Assembly: GCF_004010195.1 (NCBI RefSeq)
Contig: NC_057719.1
Span: 14,382,364 to 14,446,363, forward strand
Source of the DNA: Chiloscyllium plagiosum
Lineage: Eukaryota
Reading direction: 5' to 3'
DNA: 64,000 nt
Below are positions 24,106 to 38,385 of the stretch, piece by piece; the first letter of the stretch is position 1; every line of letters begins with the position of its first letter. Under the pieces are notes generated by a model. It ran no database searches. It was not told the DNA's origin and saw nothing but the letters and a program-made list of their open reading frames with translations. Both the position numbers and the translations under genes were made by a program.

Positions 24106-26867
24106 ATTAGCCCTTTGAGGATCAGAAAAAGTTTACTAATACAGATAAATTGCAAATAAACAGCTAATTTTTTATTGCCATTGTCAAAATTGAATGCCAT
24201 GTATTCCTATAATAACATAAACAGTTTATTATAATTTTTAAAATACATTTTTAAAATAAATAACGCAGGCTTTTAGTATCTTTTCAGATTTGGACACCAT
24301 GTCAGTTTGATGATAAACTCCTGTAGGAGGTAAAGTTGAAAAAATAGTCTGTAGGAACACAGTCACATTATAACATGAACCCACACCCACTTCCACATTT
24401 ATTGCATTCAACATAATGAATGTATATTTCTAAAACATACTATTGCATAAAGTTTGAAACCAATTTTCTAGATAAGTGAGTTAACAATGTTAAAATACTT
24501 ACTTTGATGTACAAATGCATTCTTTCCTCAAATAATTAACATTAATAATAACATTGCTTAGGAAGATTTAACAGTTCAAGACAGTTTTGACAATTTATTC
24601 AGCATTTGAGTGCCTTTTAATTGAATGGATTTCTTTGCTATAATACTCGAGGCTAATGCTAATGCAATTCAACATTATTATGTGGAAGGTGAGGAAAAAA
24701 AGTAGAGAGGCTAGGGAAGGGATTTCAATGGTTAGGACCCAGGCAAAACCACCGATGGTAAGGCATTTAAAACTGGGGATATTGGAGAAGCCAGAATTAA
24801 AGGAGCCCAAATATCTTGAAGGTTGTGGAACTGGAGGTGATTTCAGAGCAAGGCTGGCTATGCAGGGATTTGAAAACAGGAATGGACGTTTTGGAAAAAA
24901 AGTATTGCTTACCCAAAAACCAGGTCAGCAACTAAAAGGCTGATGGATGCAAGGATTATTTTTGTTTGTCATCTGTCTAATTAACTCTGTAAGCAGTGAC
25001 TTCAAACATTTTGTTACATTTGTTGAAATTGAAATAAATCAAAATATGGTCAATCAAACCAGGTTCCTGTCTGGGATCTGATTTGCTCAGTTATAAGATC
25101 AGCTCTGCTCCCTAATTAGATTCCCATGAAACCACTGAAAACTGAAGGGTTAAATTGGACTTCCTTTTTCCCTTGATGCCAAGAATCTAATTTTTGCACT
25201 CTTGCTGTTCGCCACATAGTTTAGAAGCTGGGAAAGTTCCACCGTAACGTTCTGTTGTAGACACAAAAAGAATTATTCTACTTCTGGGGAGAAACAAATC
25301 TAGGAACACTCAATGTGAATCTCAGCAAAAAATTCAATAGGGAAGTCAGAGTAAATGTATCTGGAGAGTTATGAGAATTTAAAGTTGACAACCACAGGAT
25401 CTGATCGAAGTAAACTGGACAGATGCATTTCAGGGAAGGCTACGTGAGAATATGAGGAAAAGGGAATCATAGAGTTAGCTCAGGAAAGATGGAGGGAGGT
25501 TTAAATGCAAAATGTTTGCTGGCCTGGTTGGATTACATGACCTGTTACTCTTCTGTATATCATATGTAGCACACAAATAATATGTAGCAATCCTATCCCA
25601 AAGTGCTTGAATTAGATTTGACATTAGATTCTGGCAGATTTCACAATGTATCAGGATACAACTCTCAGTTTCTTTAAGTACAGTTCCCCACTTCCCCAAA
25701 TGCCTATGACTAATTTGTTTGAGTATCCATTGCCCTTCTGTAAACTATTTGCTTATCTCAACTGTCTACTGTATGAGCGCACTCACTAACCACCCTTCAA
25801 CCATACATACGAATCCCTCCGACACTAACGACTGCTTCAACAGTTAATTCTCCAAACCACGTTTTCACGACTATATATTCTCACCTGACTATTTCTAATA
25901 AATTAACCACTCAGCAGTCTCCCAATCTGACCAATAAATTCAAAATTTCCCAGTACTTTCCTTCCTTATTCCTCTTCCCAAAACATTCTCTACTCACACA
26001 ATGGAAATGTACTGAAATTATTCCTTCTACTTCCCAAATCTTTACAAAACCAACATGCTGTCCTCAATACCATTTCCACATTCTTCCCATTACCAGGGTC
26101 TCCTTTTCCTTCAAAAAATTATGGGCCTGATTTTGAGAGTTTCCATTAACAGTGAAGACTCTTGCCAATTGTAATTTTAGTCTGAAATTCATGTAAAATA
26201 TTAGTAATATGAGAGCCACTGGGGCTTTTCCCCAGGTGTCTTTAGTTCGATACTTTTCTAAAACAGGATTTATTTTTTAAAAAGATAATAAGATGAACAA
26301 TATTCCAACAGCTAAACCTCAATCAGATCATGTACAATAGGAAACTGCAGGCACATTCCCAATATTTTCTATGCATCATGGTAGAAAAGATAGTCATTTT
26401 CTAAAATACAAATCTATTAGGGGAGGTTCCCCCAATTCATGTACATTCACAATATTGACTAGTGTATAAAGAACATAAGCCTTTTACACATTCTGATCAT
26501 GTGGTAATTCATACCAAGGTACTTTTGGGACATGAAAATCATTTAAAGCAAAAGACCCAACCAATTTTCACAGCCACAAAACCATAATAGGACACAGCTG
26601 TTCCCAATCTGTAGAAATATAGACCTTCTGTAAGTTATCTATCACTCTGAATGTAAAAGATAAGACTGCAGTTAATTGACTAGTTAACAAATTCTGGAAA
26701 TCATTAGTTAACAGTGCTGTAAGAACTACAGCAGCTGACAATGTTTATGGAATGTCTGACAGCTATACATAATGCCGACTTTACTTTAGAATGTGAAGTG
26801 GAATACTTTGGCCACATGACAACAGCGACTATACTTTAGAAGTACATAACTGTAAAGTCCTTTGGGG

Positions 26868-27830
26868 TGCCTTGTTGTTAGTGATTGCCTATCGATCCAA
26901 GAATTACATCTTTTCAGGGTTGAGAGTTTCTGATGTGGATCTTCATGTGACTGAACATGTGAACCTATGGATCTTAGTGTAGGACATCCAGCTAAGGATT
27001 AGGAACCTGAGTGCAGGGTTTGCTTCCTTTCATTTCTTTCTCTGCTGTTAGTCTGGTTAATCACTAATGCATTTTGACTCTAAGTATGATGGACAAACTG
27101 TTGCCCTTTTAAGCGACTGGTATCAAGCTCCTCTCAGTTGTTAATGTTTCAAGGAAAGCCTCACAGTTTATTTCCAGCTCTCTCATGAAAACACTAGCCA
27201 TCTGAGAAGTAGCCCAAGTAGCGAAGATGTTTTACAGTCACCTGGGTGCAGAATTCAGTCCATCAGAGTTTAATTTCCATGACGTTTGCCTGAAGTCTTG
27301 TCGAGCTGGCTTCAAGAATGACACGAGCATTTGTTTATCTATCCTCGTACTGAATCTGAATTGGGGGTGGGGTGGGGGGCACTATTGGTCGAACTTCTCC
27401 AGTTCTCTTATGATACATATCGGAGGTCTCACTGCAGTACAGGGGTGTGGTGAAATTGCCCTGCACACTAGGACTTTAGTTAACTAGAGCCAAATATTTC
27501 CTGTCAAAGAGTTGTTGATCACCATACAGTCCAATAAAGGTTTAAACATTCCTGTCATGATGGTTCCATGTCCTTCAGGCATCTCCTGTTGGTCAAATGC
27601 TTGCTGCTGGAATTTGTAGAGGCTGAGCAGGCATAGCCGATCCAGTGTTGGATCTCTTGGTCAATGGTGGTCTTTTAAAAGAGGTGGCTGCCAAGGTACA
27701 GAAAGCATTCAATGTTTTCCACATCAATACACATAGGTAGCGGCGTATTTGATTGCACAGCTCTAGTTTGATAGGTGTTTTGTTTGGTGGGATTCAAGGA
27801 GCAGCTGAGTGTCCTGTATGCAGAATCTCT
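26868..27830 (-). mobile_element. Decayed RTE-clade LINE (RT thumb to 3' end)
   Basis: ENIECFLYLGSHL..TIDQEIQHW; TKVLVCRA..ELEKFDQ; terminal FSHMKIH-like motif and short (aac) tail. Confidence 0.7.
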
Positions 27831-28861
27831 AACTCACCAACTCAATGTGAACTTCAGCAGCTCCTTGAGTGATACTGTCGGAAGCTCCTGGCTCTTGGTC
27901 TGGACATGAATAGCTGCAAGATCGGGTCGAAGTGCCAGACAAAGAGCAGTCAACTGGTGCTGTATCCCACCAGCAATGCAAATGAAGGGAGACTATGGTC
28001 CCTACTCATCATGGCTTGACACATAGCTGTCGAGATTGTGTGAACAACGATGACCCAAGGTCCCCCGTAAAGCAATGTAAAGTGCTACCAGGGTCTATAT
28101 GTCAACTCCTGTGATGAGATAGTTGCCGATGGTATGCGAACCTGTGAGTCAAGCGTCTGCATACAGTTGATACATATATGAAGAGCACTGGACATGTGTT
28201 GGCCCTGAGAGCATCAAATACATTATTAATGAAAATAGTTCCTTGTTCCACATTGATCCTCCAATCTTAATAATTTCAGGCCGAATTGAAGTCCATTCTA
28301 TCTGTTTGTTTCCAAATTGCTGACCTCATCTTCAAAGATATTTGCTTCTCCAGTCAACCAGAAGTATTCAAAAGACACGTAATTGAAGTGTGTAGCATAG
28401 GTTGCAAGTGGAACATCCATGTCTAAAACAGTTTACCATGTCACAAGAGGGGAACAAAATCCATTGATCCATTGTAATGAGGTAATCTTGCAAGGGTGAC
28501 AGGATTTCAACATTTTCAGATAGCCTGCTATGCCATTGGTTCACATAAAAGTTTCCTGCTCTGACGAGTTTAGAAGGTACTTGATAAGTGGATTAAACCA
28601 ATTTAAGACAATGAGAGGGCTAATTAAATCCTTTTGTATTCTAAGGAAACTATTATGAAGATCAACTGATTATGTAACAGTTTAGCTGATGACTAATTTG
28701 ATAAATAATAGTTGCCTACAGAGATGTTTGGCAGTACTGATGATACAGCAATAGTTTAGTTGTTTGATAAATAAGAAGAGTCTCCTTTCTTGGGAACATG
28801 CTTTCTATATGGAAATTTCTAATTTGAAAGGTCAGATGGTTGAGACCCATAGTAGTATGGT

Positions 28862-29160
28862 GGGCGGTACGGTGGCACAGTGGTTAGCACTGCTGCCTCA
28901 CAGTGCCAGAGACCCGGGTTCAATTCCCGCCTCAGGCGACTGACTGTGTGGAGTTTGCACGTTCTCGTGTCTGCGTGGGTTTCCTCCGGATGCTCCGGTT
29001 TCCTCCCACAGTCCAAAGATGTGCAGGTCAGGTGAATTGGCCATGCTAAATTGCCCGTAGTGTTAGGTAAGGGGTAACTGTAGGGGTATGGGTGGGTTGT
29101 GGGTTGGTGTGGACTTGTTGGGCTGAAGGGCCTGTTTCCACACTGTAATGTAATCTAATC
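28862..29160 (+). mobile_element. HE1-type V-SINE
   Basis: A and B boxes, V-domain, tail 'gggcctgtttccacactgtaatgtaatctaatc'. Confidence 0.95.
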
Positions 29161-29837
29161 ATAGTGTTTTTGTAGATCAGAAGCAGGTCCCTTACTCCAC
29201 TATGGCCACTGGTTATCACATATCCGAGTATTCAAATCCCATTTTCCCTCACTTGGTTCGTAAGAGAAATTTAAAAGGTGCCATGGAACAAGAGAATGCA
29301 GCAGAATAATTACTTTGAAGGAAGTCAGGGGAATGCTAATCACACCAAACAATAGGGGACTTGACAGACTTAAACATAATAAGGTTTTTGTTTATCTGAA
29401 CTACAATCAGGGAAACTGTACAGCTTTGAAAAATGCAGAGTCAAGCTTCTCTAACATTTATAGTGCCCTGTTAACACCATATATAGTTAAATAAAATAAG
29501 CATGGAGCTCTAAACCCAATTAGCCTGATAGTAGTCAGTCTGGAAAATACTGAAATCTATTATTTAAAAATGAATTGTTGAAGCCTTTCATCTTGTAGTC
29601 ATCAGGGCAATTTATGATAATACAAAGGGAAAAAAACAACATTTTCACAGTATGAGTCGTAATTGATTGGCAAGTAGACTATGTGATTGATAGAGGCATT
29701 GCAAAGGTGAATGCACAAGTTAATTGCCAAGCTCTGATATTTCGCAGATTGGTCCAGGCATTGCCCTGAAATATCAACCAGGGAATCATTATCATCTATT
29801 TTTTTGAACTGAACTAGACACAGTGTGCATACATAGA

Positions 29838-30186
29838 TTAGAATCATAGATCCCTACAGTGCTGAAAGAGGTCATTTGGCCCATCAAGTCTGCATCAACC
29901 CTCCAAAGAGCCATCCCATCCAGACCCGGCCCCCTACTTTATCCCGGTAATGCTGCATTTCCATTGGCTAATCCACCTAGCCTGCACAACCCTGGACATT
30001 ATGGGCAATTTAGCATGGCCAATCCACTTAACCTGCATATCTTTGGACTGTAGGAGGAAACCAGAGCACCCACACAGACACAAAGAGAATATGCAAACTC
30101 CACACAGACCCAAGACCAGAATCAAATCTGGGTCCCTGGCACTGTGAGATGGCAGTGTTAACTACTGCGCCACTGTGCCATCCACC
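29838..30186 (-). mobile_element. HE1-type V-SINE
   Basis: Reverse complement matches 28862-29160. Confidence 0.9.
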
Positions 30187-30230
30187 ATGTTCTCTCTGTC
30201 TGTGATGAACACGCCCTATGCATTAATATA

Positions 30231-30436
30231 GGAGAAAGTGAGGACTGTAGATGCTGGAGATCAGAGCTGAAAATGTGGTGCTGGAAAAGCGCAGCAGGTC
30301 AGGCAGCATCTAAGGAGCAGGAGAATGGACGTTTCGGGCTTTCCTGAAGAAGGGCTCATGCCCGAAACGTCGATTCTCCTGCTCCTTGGCTGCTGCCCGA
30401 CCTGCTGCGCTTTTCCAGCACCACATTTTCAGCTAA
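30231..30436. mobile_element. Penelope-like family A fold-back insertion
   Basis: Inverted arms; TSD gcattaatata at 30220-30230 and 30437-30447. Confidence 0.92.
30344..30371 (+). ncRNA. Minimal type I hammerhead ribozyme motif
   Basis: CTGAAGA-A-GGGC-TCAT-GCCC-GAAA-CG-TC. Confidence 0.75.
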
Positions 30437-30689
30437 GCATTAATATATTCAGCTTCAAGTGCACCAGCTTCACTGATAATCTTCAATTGGTTCTCAGCAT
30501 CATTCTTCACACACTTGAGATTATTTACCAACTGTTGTCCAATCAGAGAACCACATCTAATGTTGGACATTGTGTTACGAGTTTTGCAAGTGCTGGCTGC
30601 TTGGGTATGGTCAAAATCTTGCTTGTTGTGAACAACCAAAGGAATAAATTGTTTGTACAATCCATCAGTACTTGGATCTGCAGTACTGA

Positions 30690-31363
30690 TCCAGGTAGAT
30701 AGGATAGTGAAGAAGGCGTTTGGTATGCTTCCCTTTATTGGTCAGAGTATTGAGTACAGGAGTTGGGAGGTCACGTTGCGGCTGCACAGGACATTGGTTA
30801 GGTCACTGTTGGAATATTACATGCAATTCTGGTCTCCTTCCTATCGGAAAGATGTTGTGAAACTTGAAAGGGTTCAGAAAAGATTTACAAGGATGTTGCC
30901 AGGGTTGGAGGATCTAAGCTATAGGGAGAGGCTGAACAGGCTAGGGCTGTTTTCCCTGGAGCGTCGGAGGCTGAGGGGTGACCTTATAGAGGTTTACATA
31001 ATTATGAGGGGCATGGATAGGATAAATAGACAAAGTCTTTTCCCTGGGGTCGGGAAGTCCAGAACTAGAGGGCATAGGTTTAGGGTGAGAGGGGAAAGCT
31101 ATAAAAGAGACCTAAGGGACAACTTTTTCACGCAGAGGGTGGTACGTGTATGGAATGAGCTGCCAGAGGATGTGGTGGAGGTTGGTACAATTGCAACATT
31201 TAAGAGGCATTTGGATGGGTATCTGAATAGGAAGGTTTTGGAGGGATATGGGCCGGGTGCTGGCAGGTGGGACTAGATTGGGTTTGAATATCCAGTCGGC
31301 ATGGACGGGTTGGACCAAAGGGTCTGTTTCCATGCTGTACATCTCTATGACTCTATGACTCTA
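30690..31363 (+). mobile_element. Young 5'-truncated CR1 LINE with an open ORF2 C-terminus
   Basis: About 195 uninterrupted codons QVDRIVKKAFG..LERVQKRFTRMLPG..GRWD*; (ctctatga)n tail; gtactga on both flanks. Confidence 0.97.
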
Positions 31364-33182
31364 CGTACTGAGCAATTTACCAGCACTGAAATCCACATTA
31401 CTTACTCTTTTGTGCGATAGGCAGAACATCTGTTTGGTTTGATGGCAAATTCCTGTTGCGTGTACACCAGTCATATTGTTATTGCATAGTAGCAGCATGA
31501 AAATCCTACTTCACCTTTTAGTCAAACTTTTGAGATAACTCATCCAAGATAGACTGGGCACCTTGAAGGATCAAAAATGAGAGTCTTAGACCCATCCATG
31601 TGTTTGTGCAATATATACTGAGAAGTAATGTGATCAGGGAAGCCACTATCCTACAGGATGGCTTTAATACCCCATTTCAGTATGAATTGGCATTTACCAA
31701 TTATCAACCTCGCACAGATATTCTTGCAAGTTGTCCTGAAGAGTGCAAGACGGAAAAGCCTGTTCTGTACTGTTAAACAACTGCTTATTAATTCTCAACA
31801 ATACAATTGGAAAATGCTCGCGCCTATAATGATTATGTTTCTTATTCACGCATCGGATGTGGACATCACCAGTTCAGCCACATTTATTGCCCATTATAAT
31901 TGCCACGGACAAGGTAACGGTGAGCTGCCTTCTTAAACAGGCCTTACAGTGTGATTTGGAATGGAGTTCTGGATTTTGATCCAGCCACAGTGAAGGAACA
32001 GGGATATACTTCCAAGTCAGGAATGCGTGTGGCTTCATTAATTTGAGGCTAACTGGACAAAAGCACCAAATTTCCTCACTCTCCTTTCTTGAACAGCAGT
32101 GTTGTCATTCTAACTTCAAATCCATTGGGATCATTGTTGAATTTATGAATATTTTGCAGTCACTTACTACCAGACCTTTCAGCTCATCTAGCAATCAACC
32201 TCTCCCCTCACACCTATAAGTTTAATTCGGTTAAATGTTTACAATCTTATTTGAACTTCAGCATATTACTCTCAAACATAATATAAAACTCAGTTACACC
32301 ATGGTCACGTCCTGTCACCCTTGAGAATCTTTTATTCTGACATTACTTGTTAAATCTCCCTCATTACACAATGCTAGAATAAAATAGACTTGGATCCACA
32401 ACACATTGTTTTCAGAATCAGTCACAAAAACATTCTATAAATTCATCTTCCAGGGTACGGTTGCCAGAGTAACAGCAGGCAATGAAAAATATTATTATTC
32501 ATGTGGTTTGGGAGTAAAATGTTTAGTTGAGTTGCATGCCTGTTCTTCCACATAATGATTGACTCACAGTACATCTATTCTATTTAGATCGGTTTTCTTC
32601 ACTTATTAAGCAGCTCAAAAACTCAACAAAATAGCAGAATACTGTGGCACAGTAGGCTTAAAACAATTAAATTATCTTGCCATTGCAAGGTTATTTCATT
32701 AACAATCGATTTCATCCCTGTAATGCAACATGGCAACTGTAATGCATCGATAAAAGAATATTCAATGACATTGCGTTTTAGCCCAAACTTTGTTACAGGT
32801 GCAATGCACAAAATATATAAAATCTGGCAAAGTGCTTTTTAAAAATAAGACTTTCAATGCAGTCCTTGTTATTTCAGCTGGACTTAGTAACCTTAATGAT
32901 AGTTGCTATAAATACATTTCATCATAACATTCATGTAATTCATCAAACCTTCATTGCCAATGGGAAGCAGACTGAAAGGGAGGACACATTAAAAGACAGA
33001 ATTTTAATATTTCAGTATTGATTTTTCAACCTCTTCCCCCTTTGAGAAGAGCACTCCCCAAGAGTGGCATTTACTGTTTAATTGTAATGGTCAGAAAATC
33101 TTGCAGGCTGTGCTGACTTCCGTATCAAAATTCCAGATATATGCTCCTGAAATGTAAGTCTGCAAAATCTACTGTACTGACT

Positions 33183-33470
33183 TATAGAACATAGAACTGT
33201 ACAGCACAAAAGGCCTACAATGTTGTGGCGAACTTGATGCCAAATTCAACTCAGCCGTTCTGCCTGCCCTTGGTCCATATCGCCCCATTCTTTGCACATT
33301 CATGAACTTGTCTAAAAGTCCCTTAAATGCTCTAAATGTATCTGCCTCCACCACCACCCCTGGCAACGTGTTCCAGACCCCTACCACTCTGTAAAAACTT
33401 GCCCCTCATCTCTCCTTTGAACTATTCCTCCCCTCACCTTAAATGCATGTCCCTGAGAATTAGACATTTC
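33183..33470 (-). mobile_element. CR1 3' end
   Basis: VGVWNTLPGVVVEADTFRAFKGLLDKFM. Confidence 0.9.
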
Positions 33471-36434
33471 AGCTTAATTAGACTTAATTAGTTTAATATG
33501 TATCTGTTGTGTTATATTGGCATGTTCATATATATGAACTCATCTTGCCAAGTGCTGAGATAAACAGGAGGTCCTGCCATGAAAAATATAGAAGTTGGAA
33601 ACAAGAATTTAATTCCACTTTAAATCAAAAGTGTATGGTTTATATGCAGTGAAATGGGCTTGTGAAGTTGGCAGACAAAGCTCATTATGCATTTTCTTGC
33701 GCTACATTTCTGCAGTCTGCTGCAATTGTGAATTAAGATCACTGCCATCAATTTGTGCCACAAAGCTTCTAAGTCCTGCAAATTATTTGACCAGACTGTT
33801 TAATTGTTGAGTTTTCAATGCAGTTCCTCTGCAGTAAGAGAGAGTGAATTTCCATTTTGCAAACAAGTTTGTTTCAGAATGTCACAGTTTTGTATTTTCT
33901 CTTCTATGTTTTCTAGTACCAGGTATTTTATATACTTTCCATGTTTCTGAAATGTTAATCAATATGCATCTTTACAATGTACTTTGAGGTCAATTTATAC
34001 GCAGCATGAATTTGATGATGCTGCAAACCTTCCAGTAGGGGTACCTCCCACGCCAGAGCCACAGCAACATTTGCAGTGATTGAACAACAACAGGAAACAC
34101 AATATTCGGCAGACTGGGGCCGCGCAACCCATAAATTCTGTGGTGAAATGCTGGTTTAGCAAAGCATTTTCATTGACCGTCTGTGAGCAGGAGGCTGGGG
34201 GACAGACAGTGTCTATAACAAGGCTCTGGAATAAAGAAGCAATCCCTCACTCACACATTGGGTTCAAATCCCTTTCCTCAGGCTGGGTCCTGTCACAGGC
34301 ACAGGGGCTTGGGGAACTGTCTACATAAGCAAAGTGGCCTTTGAATATCTATAATTCTGGAAATTAGAGTTTGCATGGGCTGATCAGAGACTGGCAATAA
34401 TGATACATCTTTTCACGGATGCAATGAATGTTCTGAATTGTAATCAGGAGTTACGGTGTTCTATTTGCTCCTGCTCATGAATTTATTTTCAAGACAACTC
34501 ATACGGTATATCTTTGGCCTGATTAACCGTCAGTGACCATAAACAACTTCACTGCTTGCTTTGCATTAGCAAGGAACCAGTTGTGGAGCTTTGCCAAGTG
34601 CAGCCAGCTAACAACATATGGATTGCATATTCTGTAAGTTTTACTCGACTCAACCAGGCTGCCTGGGGCCAACACAGTTAGCATTATACTACCAGCTAAC
34701 ATGCTTCGATACATGTATCAAATAAAAGACCAAAACATGCATCACAAACTGCAACATTACTATTCCACTGCACTGCCTACCAAAGGTGACAAATATCATG
34801 GTTATTTCCCAAACTACTTAATGCCACTGGTAGCTACAAAAGCAAACATACTGCAGATGCTGGGAGTCTGAAATCAAAGCAAGTTGGAAGTAGACTAGAA
34901 ATTCTCAGTCTTTTTCCTCGGTCCATAATTGTTTCCTGACCTGTTGAGTCTTTGTAGCATTTTCTGTTCTCATTTCACTGGCAGTTATCATGCATCCAAA
35001 ATACAGCCCATCACATTACAATTGTCTTGCTTGGCATTCAGTTTCTGTAGAAGTTGCAAGTGTGGTAAAACATTCAAATACATGTTACATAGGACATATA
35101 GCACAGAAACAGACCATTTCTCACATATGTCAGCATTGCTGTTCCACTCAAGCCTCTCATTTTCCGTTATCTAAATCTATCATTAAAACCCATTATTCCC
35201 TCCTGATTAGTGACTCAAGATTTTAGCTCTCAGGCTTTACTGTCTCTCATTGTTTCTTTTGTACCACTTCCAGTCTTGTTTAATTCCCAAACAGAACCTT
35301 TTCTTCATGATGCTGACTACCGTCATTCACCTAACCTCAATTCTCTATCATAACATTCAAGGCTACAACTTAGTGAGTGAAGGTGGGACAGTATAGGTTT
35401 CGGTGGTACAGACTCAGTGGGCTGAAGGCCCTCTTCTGTTCTGTGTAATTCAATGACTCTGTAAGAGCACTAATCTATAGAACTGGACTTGGTTCAACTT
35501 ACTTGATATATGTATGTTGTAAGGTGTATGAAGTTTTTTTGAAATAAGGAAATCTTCGAAAAGGCAAGTTGACACATAATCATTGTAGCTTGCAATATTG
35601 GACCGTCAACATAGGGCATAATACAACTGGGAAGTATCATCTTGTTAAATGTTACAAAACATGCCATATTTTATTATAGCTTTTCTCCAGTTCCTGCAAA
35701 CTCAGTAGACAACATCGAGACCGCCTAACGACTCTTACAAGATGTGCCCAGTTTTGCCACACAGCAGACTCCTATAAGATTCTGCCCTGTTTCATTTAGC
35801 TAGGAACCTCCTAGTCATGTAACATAAAATTCATTTACCAACTGAGCCAACAAAAAGTACAGACATTATTTCTGATGAAAGCGTATGCTACAGAGCAATT
35901 ACGAAACACCAGTATGGGTTGAGAATAAGTTACATTGATGGTCAACATCCAAGCACTTGGTGCCAATTTACTTGTGGATCCTTTCCATAAATTGTGAGCC
36001 ATTCGCTATCAATATCATCTATTTGATTGGTGACTCATAATATAAAAATAAATAATTATTAGAACAGATCAGCCAAGATCTCATTGAATGGCAGAACAAT
36101 CTCAATAAGCTACTCCTGTCCTATGTCTAATGAATGACTGCAGATGAGTTACATCAAGACAGACCAGAAAAGGAATAGGGTCCACTAGTTACTTAAATGT
36201 TCCTGTATATTATCACTGGGAGAGGACCAAGTGTATAATGAATGGTGAGAGGGCAAACTGGTTTCCTTACACATTGATAATATGTTGCCAAAACAATTTA
36301 CAAAAACTATTGTCAGAAATTTGCAAATCTAACTTCTATCGTACACAAGTAGAAACACCATGTCCATCTTTCTACTATTTATTCTTAAATCCTTAGAATA
36401 CAAAGTAAAGCAAGTAAAGAAAACATCCAACGAA

Positions 36435-36640
36435 AATAAAACAAAGAACCTCTGATGCTGGAGATCTGAAACAAAAATAGAAATTGCTGATGAAACTCAG
36501 GGAGAAAGCCGAGTTAACCTTGCAAGTCCAGTGACGCTTCATCAGAACGTGTGAGTCACCAGAGTTGAAATGTTGACTCTGCTTTCTCTCCACAGATGCT
36601 GCCAGACCTACTGAATTTTGCCAGCAATTTCTGGTTTTAT
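36435..36640. mobile_element. Penelope-like family D fold-back
   Basis: Inverted arms agaaattgctg / cagcaatttct; same family as 7995-8100. Confidence 0.7.
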
Positions 36641-37229
36641 TAAAGAAAATGTTAACATAAGTTCAACAGGATTTTCTGTTCTACTTTGAAACAGGAATTG
36701 CAAGCTTTATATTTCAGCTTTGTTAAATGAAAAGAAAAATTGTGTTTACAGTTGTTTATCTTTATTCAGATTTAATATTTTTTTCCTTGGGCAATTATGT
36801 CATGGTAAAAGTACGCATATGTCTTAGATTACAATCTCACCCAATTATTCAGATGGTGAGGCATTTCTCAACATGTCAATTAAATGTTCCACCAGAACTT
36901 AGATGCAGGTGTGACTTTCATCATATTTACAGAATGTTGGTTTCAAAGTGTAGAAAACAGTGAAGATATATCCCAATTTCTCAAAATAGCTATTCATCAA
37001 GTCTGCTTAGTCTTTCGGATAAAATGGAAAAATCCATCATCCAACTCAGCTTCTTCAATTCAAAAATTAAGAAATAACAGAGTCATTTTTCACTGAGATT
37101 ACAAAATACCCAGTGGGGGAGTGGTGGCCAAATTAATGACAGCTTGCCGGATTAGAGTTAGCCAATGAAATTTCCTCTCAGGCTAAGGCTCTGTAGAATT
37201 AGGTGCCCCTCCTTACAATATACAAATTT

Positions 37230-37400
37230 AGATCACTCCACATGCCTGGACGGGTCAGGAGAGAAGACCAATACAGATCTCAGAGAACATGTGATAACAT
37301 GCTGTATTCTCCAATGTTACCATGTATGCTCGGCTGATTGGGATCACTCGGAAGAGGAAGATTTGGAAAATGAATGAGAATCTAGAGGCCAGCAAAAGCT
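37230..37400 (+). mobile_element. Possible PIF/Harbinger transposase C-terminal remnant
   Basis: TCLDGSGE..VITCCILQ..EEEDLENE resembles the FRCLDxSGG..CCxLHN motif plus acidic tail. Confidence 0.4.
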
Positions 37401-38024
37401 AATTCTTCAGATGACATTTGAACATGTAACAATTCACTCTCCTAACTGTTTAATGATTGTATTGACCTGCATTTGATTATGTTCACTTAGCTATGTTCAC
37501 TGTACCTACATCTTGAAATGCAGAAGACCACATGACTGGGATGAATTTACATGTGACTGCAAACCTTGTGATGCAAGGGGACTTGGACACAGCATTGGTG
37601 GCAAACAGTAATATTGCAGAAAGTAAGCCAGTATCTAAAAAAGAACCGGGGGCCTTTTGAAAAAGAGGAAGGGTGGAAATCAAACTACAGAGTACACAAT
37701 GAACTTGCATTGTTTGGTGATACCTTTCCCACAAGCTAAAAAATGAGAAGTTATCCCAAAAGCATTATAACAATGTATCTTGCAATTTGCCGATGAAGGA
37801 CACCCAGTGTAACTGCCTAAGCTTTGGAGTAATAAATAAAAAAAAGTGTGATTGATTTGTCACTGATTGGTCATTCACAATGCTAAATCTTACACTAAGT
37901 ATATAAACATACATAAATATTTCAACCATTTTGTTCAGAGTTAGTAAAAGACAGAGATTTAAATTTTTTTTTTATAATTGTCCCTTCATTGGTTACTGAT
38001 CGTCTTAGCATCACATCCAAAAGC

Positions 38025-38385
38025 ATTCACTCCCTCCACCAACGACGCTCAGCAACAGAAGTGTGTCCTAATGCAAGGTGCACTGCAGAAATTTGCCAAA
38101 AATCCTTAGACAGCACCTTCCAAAACCACAACCATTTCCATCTAGAAGGATAAGTGCAGCTGATATGTGGGATCAATACCATCTGCAAGTTTCCCTCCAA
38201 GTCACTCTCCATCCTGATTTGGAAATATATTGCCAGTCCTTCACTATCGCTGGGTCAAAATCCTGGAATTTCACTCTTAAGTGCATTATGGGTCCACCTG
38301 CACCAAACAGACTGCAGCGGTTTAAGGAATCAACTCATCACCACCTTCTCAAGGGTAACTAGGGACGGGCAATAAATTCTGGCAG
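38025..38385 (+). mobile_element. Second LINE family, 3' end
   Basis: HCRNLPKILRQHLPKPQPFPSRR..HHHLLKGN. Confidence 0.9.

Larger units (their letters stand above)
30190..31520 (-). mobile_element. Old Penelope-like GIY-YIG endonuclease remnant split by two younger insertions
   Basis: KQFIPLVV..SLIGQQLVNNLKC..LKIISEA..LEAEYI resembles the GIY-YIG C-terminus (EHxx..SAIGQHL..LEA.YI); continues at 31364-31520. Confidence 0.6.

Noticed and set aside
30653..31276. Longest real ORF (207 aa) as a host gene
   Set aside because: It is the CR1 ORF2 C-terminus; the first codons come from unrelated flanking DNA
37506..37634. Minus-strand exon candidate with a good acceptor (TGLLSAILLFATNAVSKSPC..)
   Set aside because: Weak donor (gtacag) and no recognisable homology
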